DNA of 32,000 nucleotides, from assembly GCF_000025925.1 (NCBI RefSeq), contig NC_014033.1, positions 2,220,001 through 2,252,000 on the forward strand, read 5' to 3'. A program made the position numbers and the translations under genes. How positions within the stretch are numbered: the first letter of the stretch is position 1; each line of letters opens with the position of its first letter. The stretch is from Xylanibacter ruminicola 23. Its GTDB lineage: Bacteria > Bacteroidota > Bacteroidia > Bacteroidales > Bacteroidaceae. Of the stretch, positions 7,530 to 14,660 are shown piece after piece. Below the pieces are notes generated by a model, which was not told the DNA's origin, did not search any database, and saw nothing but the letters and a program-made list of their open reading frames with translations.

Positions 7530-8704
7530 TTCTTCATCGCACCAACGATGTCGCCGGCAGTCATAGCCTTAGCCTGCTCGTCGATCTTCTGCTGATAGCG
7601 CTCTGGGGTGATGGGCACAATCTCCATACCGTCGGACAGTTTGGTGATACCATTGGTCACATACTTGTCGCCAGCCTTCAATCCACCTGTTACCATGTAG
7701 TTCATACCATCGTTCTGTGGAGCAACCTGAATCTCGCTATACTTCACCTTGTTGTCGGCACCCAGCAGGTAAACGAACTTCTTGTTCTGAACCTCGGATA
7801 CAGCCGACTGTGGGATGATGATGGCCGATGAGTTGCTGTGAGGAATCACGATAGCACCTGAGCCACCACTCTTGAGCACACGCTGTGGATTCTGGAACAG
7901 GGCAATCATCTGTACCGAACCAGTAGCAGCATCGATCACACCGCTCATCTTGGTTACAGTACCATCCAGATTATACAAAGTACCATCGGCCAACTTCAGC
8001 TTAACTGGTGGGAACTTTGATACGGCAGCATTCTGACCACCCTCGCCCTTGCTCATCTCGAGGGCATCCTTCTCGGTTACCGAGAAATAAACCTCCATCG
8101 ACGAGTTGTTTGATACGGTAGTGAGCACATTACCAGTGCTTACCAGAGCACCTACTTTATAAGGCAGAGTACCAACTACACCTGCAGCGGGACTCTTCAC
8201 ATAGCAGTAGCTCAGCATCTCCTTATTCGATGCCAACAGAGCCTCAGCCTGAGCTACTGTGGCCTTGGCCTGCTCGTACTGATTGGTGGCCTGCTGCAAC
8301 TCAAAGTCACCAATCACGCCATTCTCATGCAATTTCTGTGCGTTCTCATAACTCAACTTGGCAGTATTGAGCGAAGCCTTTGCTGTATTTACGCTAGCCT
8401 GTGCCTGGCGCACCTGAGCCTGATAAGTGACGTTATCAATCACAAACAGCACCTGTCCAGCGCTCACAGTCTGACCTTCCTTCACGTTAACCTGAGTAAT
8501 GAATCCAGCCACCTTAGGACTAATCTGCACATCCTGTACACCCTTGATGGTTGCAGGATAAGTGGTCTGTGTTTCAGAACTCTGAGTACCTACAGTTGTT
8601 ACAGGATACTCGTTGTCGCCAAACTGGGGGCGACCACCGCCACCACCGCATGATGACAAAATCAGCGATGCAACGGTCATTACCAAAAACATTCTTTTCT
8701 TCAT
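7526..8704 (-). CDS. Efflux RND periplasmic adaptor subunit (membrane fusion protein, HlyD/AcrA family)
   Basis: MKKRMFLVMTVASLILSSCGGGGG is a lipoprotein signal. It is followed by a lipoyl/barrel-sandwich motif (ISPKVAGFITQVNVKEGQTVSAGQVLFVID), a coiled-coil hairpin (QAQVRQAQASVNTAKASLNTAKLSYENAQKL) and a beta-barrel domain. Confidence 0.85.
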   Translation of the reverse strand: MKKRMFLVMTVASLILSSCGGGGGRPQFGDNEYPVTTVGTQSSETQTTYPATIKGVQDVQISPKVAGFITQVNVKEGQTVSAGQVLFVIDNVTYQAQVRQAQASVNTAKASLNTAKLSYENAQKLHENGVIGDFELQQATNQYEQAKATVAQAEALLASNKEMLSYCYVKSPAAGVVGTLPYKVGALVSTGNVLTTVSNNSSMEVYFSVTEKDALEMSKGEGGQNAAVSKFPPVKLKLADGTLYNLDGTVTKMSGVIDAATGSVQMIALFQNPQRVLKSGGSGAIVIPHSNSSAIIIPQSAVSEVQNKKFVYLLGADNKVKYSEIQVAPQNDGMNYMVTGGLKAGDKYVTNGITKLSDGMEIVPITPERYQQKIDEQAKAMTAGDIVGAMKK

Positions 8705-8742
8705 ACTAACTATCATGTATCTAATTTAATCCAAACACAATT

Positions 8743-8783
8743 CAACCCGAAAACTTTGCGTATTACGCGCGGTTTTCGGGTTG
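8743..8783. promoter_or_regulatory. 41-bp nested palindrome abutting the efflux operon promoter (candidate operator or leader hairpin)
   Basis: Perfect 12-bp arms CAACCCGAAAAC (8743-8754) / GTTTTCGGGTTG (8772-8783) enclose an inner palindrome GCGTA-T-TACGC (8758-8768). Confidence 0.5.
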
Positions 8784-8791
8784 CAAAGATA
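8784..8791 (-). promoter_or_regulatory. Bacteroidetes -7 promoter box (TATCTTTG on the minus strand) for the efflux operon
   Basis: The plus strand reads CAAAGATA, whose reverse complement TATCTTTG matches TAnnTTTG. It lies 79 nt upstream of the adaptor ATG at 8704. Confidence 0.45.
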
Positions 8792-8878
8792 CGAAAATTA
8801 TATCTTACGATATATTCTTCTGAATAAACTTTTAACGTTTATTGCCTATAGCCTATAGAGCAACGCATTTTTTAACAT

Positions 8879-9343
8879 TTAGAATGGAAATACCAAACCA
8901 ACATTCAGTGTGCTATGACCATCGTACTGAGTTTTGTAGCAGTACTCGCACTTGAACGAAAGATTGGCATTGAGAGGGTACTCCATACCGCAACCGATGT
9001 TCAGGCCCAGCTTAGAATCGCTACCCTCATCGTAGCTCCAACCCATCACGTTCAAACCTGCCAGAGGATAAACGGTGAACTTGCTGTTAGAAATATGGAA
9101 CAGGTACTCTACGTTGATGTTGGGGTTCCACATGCTCACGTGATCCTTGTTGAAGTAGTAGTCGAACTGAGCGACACCACGAACATTCTCAGCAAACTCA
9201 TAGCCAATGTTGGCACCGATACCACAATTGTTAGGTGAGTCGAGCAAGTAATTGAAATGACCGCTGATAGTGGTCTTACCAACTTGTGCATACGATGCCA
9301 CACTAAGCATCAAAGCACAGATTCCCATTACAATCTTTTTCAT
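8879..9343 (-). CDS. Small outer-membrane beta-barrel protein (OmpW/OmpA-barrel-like 'porin family')
   Basis: MKKIVMGICALMLSVASYAQ is a signal peptide. Alternating amphipathic strands follow, and the C-terminus ends LNVGLVFPF with an aromatic terminal Phe. The protein is 154 aa. The track ORF was trimmed to the MKK start at 9343. Confidence 0.6.
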   Translation of the reverse strand: MKKIVMGICALMLSVASYAQVGKTTISGHFNYLLDSPNNCGIGANIGYEFAENVRGVAQFDYYFNKDHVSMWNPNINVEYLFHISNSKFTVYPLAGLNVMGWSYDEGSDSKLGLNIGCGMEYPLNANLSFKCEYCYKTQYDGHSTLNVGLVFPF

Positions 9344-9389
9344 AACTTTTTGTCTTTTAAGAATTAAATTAATAATACAAAATATTATA

Positions 9390-10463
9390 TCATAGTTTGA
9401 TATAAATCTTCTTTCGATACAACACGTAACCGATGGCAAAATTCAGTAGTACAAAGTAAACTGCATAAGCAAACGATGCCCACTTGAGGGGCGCGATCAC
9501 CGCATGAATGCCATTATATACCATTTCGGATACTTCGATATTTTTCAACAGAATAGCCAACAGTTCGCTCGACACATACAAGGCCAGCGCATTCACACCG
9601 AACACGTGGAAGAAGGTGGTCCAACCGCTCTTCTTCTGTATGTCGATCACATACATCAGCAGGGCTTGCATCAGCGAAGCCAAACCGCACGTCATGAGCA
9701 CGTAGCTGGGACTCCAGATGCGCTTATTCAGGGGCAGCCCATAGCTGAGCAGGTAGCCGCCAATCACACATACTGCACCAACCACAAACAGGGCAATCAC
9801 CTTCTGTTCAACCGTTTCACGCTTGCGAATCAGCATACCACAATAGAAGCCCAACAGTACATGGGCTACCGATGAGATGGTACCCATCAGGCCCTCGGGA
9901 TCAACCGGACTTTTATGATAGATATGATCGTAGCCAAACAACTTTAAGTCGGCTTGTGCCAACACATTCACGTTAGCATCCTCGGCATAGCCATTACCCA
10001 GAATCAGGATGGCGGTATAGATGGCTAACAAACCACCAATCACAGACAGGGTGTACTTGTGATTACAGAACAGCGCAAACAGCGACACGATACCATAGCA
10101 CAAAGCTATACGCTGCATCACCGCCCAGATGCGCAGATGACCGAAGCACAGTAGGTCGCCCTCGATGGCATGGTCGAACCAGTTGATAAACAAGCCGATA
10201 GCAAATAGCAGCACCGTACGCTTAACAATGCGACGGATGACCTGTGGGGTTGGCTTGAACTCCGACTTTACCAGCGAGAGATAGCACGAGATACCCATGA
10301 TAAACAGGAAGAAGGGGAACACCAGGTCGCAGGGCGTCATGCCGTTCCACTTAGAGTGACGCAGCATCTCGAAGCTCTCGCCCCAGCCATTGTTCACCAA
10401 TATCATGCCTGCCACGGTAATACCGCGCAGAATATCGAGACTTAATAATCGCTTACTTTCCAT
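9390..10463 (-). CDS. Heparan-alpha-glucosaminide N-acetyltransferase-like transmembrane acetyltransferase (HGSNAT / DUF1624-DUF5009 family)
   Basis: RLLSLDILRGITVAGMILVNN and LRHSKWNGMTPCDLVFPFFLFIMGIS closely mirror the human HGSNAT catalytic-His region as I recall it ([23 protein letters not shown]). There are about 10-11 predicted TM segments. The start is either ATG 10463 (MESKRLL) or ATG 10484, and both overlap the GH89 stop. Confidence 0.8.
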   Translation of the reverse strand: MESKRLLSLDILRGITVAGMILVNNGWGESFEMLRHSKWNGMTPCDLVFPFFLFIMGISCYLSLVKSEFKPTPQVIRRIVKRTVLLFAIGLFINWFDHAIEGDLLCFGHLRIWAVMQRIALCYGIVSLFALFCNHKYTLSVIGGLLAIYTAILILGNGYAEDANVNVLAQADLKLFGYDHIYHKSPVDPEGLMGTISSVAHVLLGFYCGMLIRKRETVEQKVIALFVVGAVCVIGGYLLSYGLPLNKRIWSPSYVLMTCGLASLMQALLMYVIDIQKKSGWTTFFHVFGVNALALYVSSELLAILLKNIEVSEMVYNGIHAVIAPLKWASFAYAVYFVLLNFAIGYVLYRKKIYIKL

Positions 10464-12717
10464 TGACCATTGAACATTGACCATTGAACATGAAATCTAT
10501 CACCTCCTTGGCTACATCTACGGGTGAGCCTTCGGGGGCAGCTGAGTATGGTGTCTGGTCCAACGTCCAGGGCTCTTCCATAGCGTAGTAGTCGAGCTTT
10601 ACCTCCTGAGGCAGTGCCATAGCAAACAGCTCGGCAGCTGTCTTAGTAGCATTCGGACCACCACCTAACAACTCGGGCTGTGGGGCAGTCTGGGCCTTCA
10701 TCTGGGCTGCCAGGGCATCGAAGTACGACTTCCAACGTACATAGTAGAAGTCCTTCAACAATCCCTGCCACTCCTTGTGGGCATAATCGCGCAAACCACC
10801 TGTATCGGCACAGTAACGGTTACCCCAGGTAGTAATCTGCACGCGCGCGTTCCATTCATATAGTTTCTTCTCCTCGGCAGTGTTTCCGGCATTCACAGCA
10901 TCCTGAGTCCAATGACCTACACGGAACTCGGTGCGGGTACCCAGCAGCTTATCCTGCAGAAGCAACATTTTTAAGAAACGCTCGGCATCGCGATCGAACT
11001 GCTTACGACTGAAAGCCTTGTAATCGGCAATGGTCTTCTGGTACTGCAAGCGTGCCTGATCTGCCAGAGCCTGACGGGTGATATCCACCAGATCGTATTC
11101 AAAATTATTGTTGCCACGGTATTTCTCGGCCACACTATTCATCAGCTTGGCTGCCTTCTTGGTCATTGCAGGATCGTAGTAGTTCTTCATCTTCGACCAG
11201 CTTGATGCCTGGAAGTTATTGAGTGTGGGGCGACCGCAGAAGATACTCTCGTGAGGACCCTGCTGGTTGTTGCCTGCAGGACAGTTGTAGATGCTCTTGG
11301 CCAGAGTAAGCCAAGCCTTCTCGATAGCCTCATCCTCTACACCATAGCGTGCCTTCACATAATTCTTAACCCACTGCTCCTTGGTAAACTTCTCGGGGCG
11401 CCAAGGCAGCTCGCTCATCAGCTCGAACATCACAGGATTGTTCTCTGAACCCTCCATGGTGAAGCCGATGCCCTTTAACTTTGAGCTTTGTGCTTGGAAC
11501 TTTGAACTTTGCAACATATAGAAGTTGTCGAGCAACTGATCCATACGTCCGTGCAGACCGACGTTGGCACCGAAGTTCTCAAGCAGACAGAACAGCCACT
11601 GGTGCTGCTTGTAACCCTGCTCACGCTTCCAGATGCTGGGTATACCGAACATGGGGCGACACTCCGAGAAGAGGTCGAGCACCAGCAGGTCGCCAGTCTT
11701 CATATCGTCCACCATGGCCTCGCGAGGATTCTCGGTCCAACCCTGAATCACCCATACAGCCTTAGGATTCACACGTTTCATGGCCTGCATCATGGCCTGA
11801 CCGGCTTTAGCATAATCGATATTTGGATCATCGTTACTCTCGTGGAAAGGATCCATCGAATAGTAATCGGCCTTACCAAACAGCTTGGTGAGCTCATTAT
11901 AATATAAGGTGGCGATTTCGGAGAATCGCGCATCGGTAGGCAACAGGTTAGCAGGACGCTGGAAACCATTCCACAGACCTGCGTCGGCCACGTTCAAGCC
12001 TAACTTCTCCTTTGCGTCGTGGGGCACCATACCGCAATAGCCTGGCAGTACAGGGTGCATGCCCAACTGCTTCATGCGAGCCAGAATCTGCTTCTGCAGC
12101 TTTTCCTGACGGGCATACCACGATGTGGGCAGTGGTCCACCCCACCCTTCGAGGTTGTTCATCTCCCACCAAGCCAAGAAGGCAGGACCGGCGATAAACT
12201 CGCCCACCTCTTTCTCGGTGTAGCCTAACTTCAACAGCATATTTCGCCATACGCACTCCTCGCCTACAATAGCCAGTGGCATGTTGATGCCGTGAAGTGC
12301 CATCCAGTCGATTTCCTTTTCCCAGCGTTTCCAATCCCAGAAAGCCATCGAATAGCTGAAGGTGCAGTAGTTGAAATCGTAACGCAGCGACAAATCGGTT
12401 TCGCGGCGCTCCTTCTTGGTTACTGCGGGCAGCTTGGCAGGCAATTTGGTCTGCATCTGGTTCCACGAGAGGTGTACACCGGCATAATATTTCAGATACC
12501 AGTTCAGTCCCGAAGCGATGTTTACCCACGAGTTACCGCGGATAACCACCTTATTGCCAGCCTGGTCGAGTTCAAAGAAATCCTTGTCGCTCTTTACCAG
12601 CTGTGTTTTAAATTTGGCCGAAGCGCCCTTGTCGATTCTTTCCAGCAAATCATCTACAGGATTTGCCCACATCTGTATAGACAGCAGAATTCCGATAATA
12701 GTTAGTAGTTTCCTCAT
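10453..12717 (-). CDS. Alpha-N-acetylglucosaminidase (NAGLU, glycoside hydrolase family 89)
   Basis: 754 aa with a signal peptide. NAGLU N-terminal, TIM-barrel and C-terminal domain motifs are present: GNSWVNIASGLNWYLKYY, YCTFSYSMAFWDWKRWEKEIDWMALHGINMPLA, AGPAFLAWWEMNNLEGWGGPLP, VLPGYCGMVP and QGW..NP. Confidence 0.9.
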   Translation of the reverse strand: MRKLLTIIGILLSIQMWANPVDDLLERIDKGASAKFKTQLVKSDKDFFELDQAGNKVVIRGNSWVNIASGLNWYLKYYAGVHLSWNQMQTKLPAKLPAVTKKERRETDLSLRYDFNYCTFSYSMAFWDWKRWEKEIDWMALHGINMPLAIVGEECVWRNMLLKLGYTEKEVGEFIAGPAFLAWWEMNNLEGWGGPLPTSWYARQEKLQKQILARMKQLGMHPVLPGYCGMVPHDAKEKLGLNVADAGLWNGFQRPANLLPTDARFSEIATLYYNELTKLFGKADYYSMDPFHESNDDPNIDYAKAGQAMMQAMKRVNPKAVWVIQGWTENPREAMVDDMKTGDLLVLDLFSECRPMFGIPSIWKREQGYKQHQWLFCLLENFGANVGLHGRMDQLLDNFYMLQSSKFQAQSSKLKGIGFTMEGSENNPVMFELMSELPWRPEKFTKEQWVKNYVKARYGVEDEAIEKAWLTLAKSIYNCPAGNNQQGPHESIFCGRPTLNNFQASSWSKMKNYYDPAMTKKAAKLMNSVAEKYRGNNNFEYDLVDITRQALADQARLQYQKTIADYKAFSRKQFDRDAERFLKMLLLQDKLLGTRTEFRVGHWTQDAVNAGNTAEEKKLYEWNARVQITTWGNRYCADTGGLRDYAHKEWQGLLKDFYYVRWKSYFDALAAQMKAQTAPQPELLGGGPNATKTAAELFAMALPQEVKLDYYAMEEPWTLDQTPYSAAPEGSPVDVAKEVIDFMFNGQCSMVNGK
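10461..10491 (-). repeat. 14-nt tandem repeat (two heptamers, CATTGAC-CATTGAA) x2.2 at the GH89 stop / acetyltransferase start overlap
   Basis: CATTGACCATTGAA occurs at 10461-10474 and again at 10475-10488, followed by CAT. On the gene strand this reads ATG TTCAATGGTCAATG TTCAATGGTCAATG G. Confidence 0.8.
11477..11511 (-). repeat. Five heptamer-phased units (plus strand AACTTTG, gene strand CAAAGTT) inside the GH89 coding sequence
   Basis: AACTTTG AGCTTTG TGCTTGG AACTTTG AACTTTG. The array encodes the 7-aa peptide repeat QSSKFQA-QSSKLKG. Confidence 0.7.
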
Positions 12718-12718
12718 A

Positions 12719-14158
12719 TCACTTAATTAGTTTCATTTCCTTTGCTTTTGCCATTAACAATGCCATGAGCGGTTCACGCTCGTTTTCCACCTTATTATCT
12801 AATACAGCATCCTTCAGGTACTGCTTGAGCACTCCTACCTCGCGGCAGGGCTGCAGATGGAACATCTCCATAATCTCGTTACCATCAATCACAGGCTGCA
12901 ACAGGCGCACGTAGTCCTTCTCCTTCAGGTCGGTCAACTTTTCGCGCACCATGCGGAAGTTCTCAAGGAACATTTTTTTGCGCACCTCGTTCTTCGAGGT
13001 GATATCAGCCTCGCACAGGGTCATCAGGTCCTCGATATCCTCACCCGCATCGTTCATCAGTCGACGTACGGCCGAATCGGTCACAATCTCATCGGCAATC
13101 ACGATGGGACGCATATGCATATCTACCAACTTCTGCACGTACTTCATCTTCATGTCGAGTGGCAACATGAGGCGACGGAATATCTGAGGCACCATCTTGG
13201 CACCAATCATATTATGATTGTGGAAGGTCCAGCCGATAGCAGCATCCCAACGTTTCGACTTGGTTTTACCCACATCGTGCAACAGGGCTGCCCAGCGCAA
13301 CCACAGGTTGTCGGAGTGCATAGCCACATTATCCAACACCTCGAGGGTGTGGTAGAAGTTATTCTTGTGCGCACGACCGTTCTTCTGCTCTACGATATCG
13401 AGTGCCGACAGTTCGGGCAGGATGATATTGAGCAGACCGCAACGTTGCAAATCCACAAAACCACGCGATGGTGTCTTAGAAAGAATAATCTTGTTAAGCT
13501 CGTCCTTGATACGCTCGCCGCTCACAATCTTGATTCTGTCGGCCATGCGCTCCAGGGCCACAAAGGTTTCCTCCTCAATCTGGAAGTTAAGCTGTGTGGC
13601 AAAACGGATGCATCGCATCATGCGCAAGGGATCGTCGCTAAAGGTGATGCCTGGCTCCAGCGGGGTAGCAATGATACCATCCTCCAAGTCGGCCAAGCCA
13701 TTAAACGGGTCGACCAGCTCGCCAAAACGCTCCTTGTTCAAGCAGATGGCCATGGCATTGATAGTAAAATCGCGACGGTTCTGATCGTCCTCCAACGTTC
13801 CGTTTTCGACAATAGGTTTACGGGAGTCGTGACTGTAGCTCTCCTTACGAGCTCCCACAAACTCCACCTCGTATTCGGTACCCTTCTGCCAGAATTTCAC
13901 CTGGGCAGTACCAAAGTTCTTAAATACGCTAAGATGTGCTTTCTTGCCTACGATGCGCTTGAGTTCCTCGGCCACCTTGATGCCGCTGCCAACTACAACC
14001 ACATCGATATCGTTAGACGGACGTTCCAGGAATATGTCGCGTACATATCCGCCCACCACATAGCACTCCAGACCCAATCGATCTGCAGCCTCGCTTATTT
14101 GGTGGAAGATGTCCTGATTTAATATCTCTGCTAATTCCTCGTCGCTATATAAATTCAT
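12719..14158 (-). CDS. cca: tRNA nucleotidyltransferase (CCA-adding enzyme) / poly(A) polymerase family with an HD domain
   Basis: GGYVRDIFL...NDIDVVV (nucleotidyltransferase GG..RD / DxD motifs), RRDFTINAMA, DPLRMMRCIRFA, and the HD domain HHTLEV...LLHDVGK. I chose the ATG at 14158 because the -7 box at 14180-14187 lies inside the longer TTG-initiated track ORF. Confidence 0.85.
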   Translation of the reverse strand: MNLYSDEELAEILNQDIFHQISEAADRLGLECYVVGGYVRDIFLERPSNDIDVVVVGSGIKVAEELKRIVGKKAHLSVFKNFGTAQVKFWQKGTEYEVEFVGARKESYSHDSRKPIVENGTLEDDQNRRDFTINAMAICLNKERFGELVDPFNGLADLEDGIIATPLEPGITFSDDPLRMMRCIRFATQLNFQIEEETFVALERMADRIKIVSGERIKDELNKIILSKTPSRGFVDLQRCGLLNIILPELSALDIVEQKNGRAHKNNFYHTLEVLDNVAMHSDNLWLRWAALLHDVGKTKSKRWDAAIGWTFHNHNMIGAKMVPQIFRRLMLPLDMKMKYVQKLVDMHMRPIVIADEIVTDSAVRRLMNDAGEDIEDLMTLCEADITSKNEVRKKMFLENFRMVREKLTDLKEKDYVRLLQPVIDGNEIMEMFHLQPCREVGVLKQYLKDAVLDNKVENEREPLMALLMAKAKEMKLIK

Positions 14159-14179
14159 TATATATACCTTTTTAGGTTG

Positions 14180-14187
14180 CAAAGATA
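14180..14187 (-). promoter_or_regulatory. Bacteroidetes -7 promoter box (TATCTTTG, minus strand) upstream of cca
   Basis: Plus strand CAAAGATA. The same 15-mer GGTTGCAAAGATACG occurs at the efflux promoter (8780-8794). Confidence 0.5.
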
Positions 14188-14221
14188 CGGATTTTTTTCC
14201 TTTCCACCAATTATTTTAGCA

Positions 14222-14500
14222 TTAATAAATAAAATAATCCTTGTTTGTCTTCTTTTTAATATTTTCTTTAATACTGCTATATAACGGATCGTATTTGGCA
14301 TTAGGCTTATTAATGGTAAAGCCCTTTACCTTTATAATATAGTTTTCAACACTATCGGCCGACATCTGATCGAGATGTAACGACTCATTATAAAACGCCT
14401 CCATTTCCGGCAACGAGTTTTGCGTCAACAGAGGTTTCTCTCCGTAGTAAGCAAGTCCAAGAAGCAGGACCGCAGCAACTATCAACAACAGTTTCTTCAT
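14222..14500 (-). CDS. Hypothetical small exported or membrane-anchored protein (92 aa)
   Basis: MKKLLLIVAAVLLLGLAYYG is a hydrophobic N-terminus. A TATCTTTG -7 box lies at 14525-14532 (minus strand), 24 nt upstream. The region is AT-rich compared with its neighbours. I recognise no family. Confidence 0.4.
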   Translation of the reverse strand: MKKLLLIVAAVLLLGLAYYGEKPLLTQNSLPEMEAFYNESLHLDQMSADSVENYIIKVKGFTINKPNAKYDPLYSSIKENIKKKTNKDYFIY

Positions 14501-14627
14501 TTGCGTATAGTTTTTTAAGTGGTGCAAAGATAAGTATTAAATTTTAAACCGCCAAACATTTTTTTGCAAAATTACGTATTTTGATATCAATTTGCCACTT
14601 TTATTTTGTCATATCAGTCAAAAACAC

Positions 14628-14635
14628 TACCTTTG
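14628..14635 (+). promoter_or_regulatory. Bacteroidetes -7 promoter box (TACCTTTG) for the symporter gene
   Basis: Exact TAnnTTTG match, 25 nt upstream of the ATG at 14661. This argues against the TTG start at 14592 used by the track. Confidence 0.5.
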
Positions 14636-14660
14636 CGCCAAGAAATCAGTTACATTGCCA

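Noticed and set aside
12857-14122. 421-aa plus-strand ORF antisense to the CCA-adding enzyme gene
   Set aside because: It is striking for its length, but its composition is His/Leu/Val/Gln-rich with no recognisable motifs. The opposite strand carries complete nucleotidyltransferase and HD signatures. Long stop-free antisense frames are a common codon-bias artefact.
14528-14660. Two 10-bp perfect palindromes (TTTTGCAAAA and TTGATATCAA) in the divergent promoter region between the small ORF and the symporter
   Set aside because: They are short and AT-rich in an AT-rich spacer, so chance occurrence is plausible. There is no supporting context such as a regulator gene or repeated copies.
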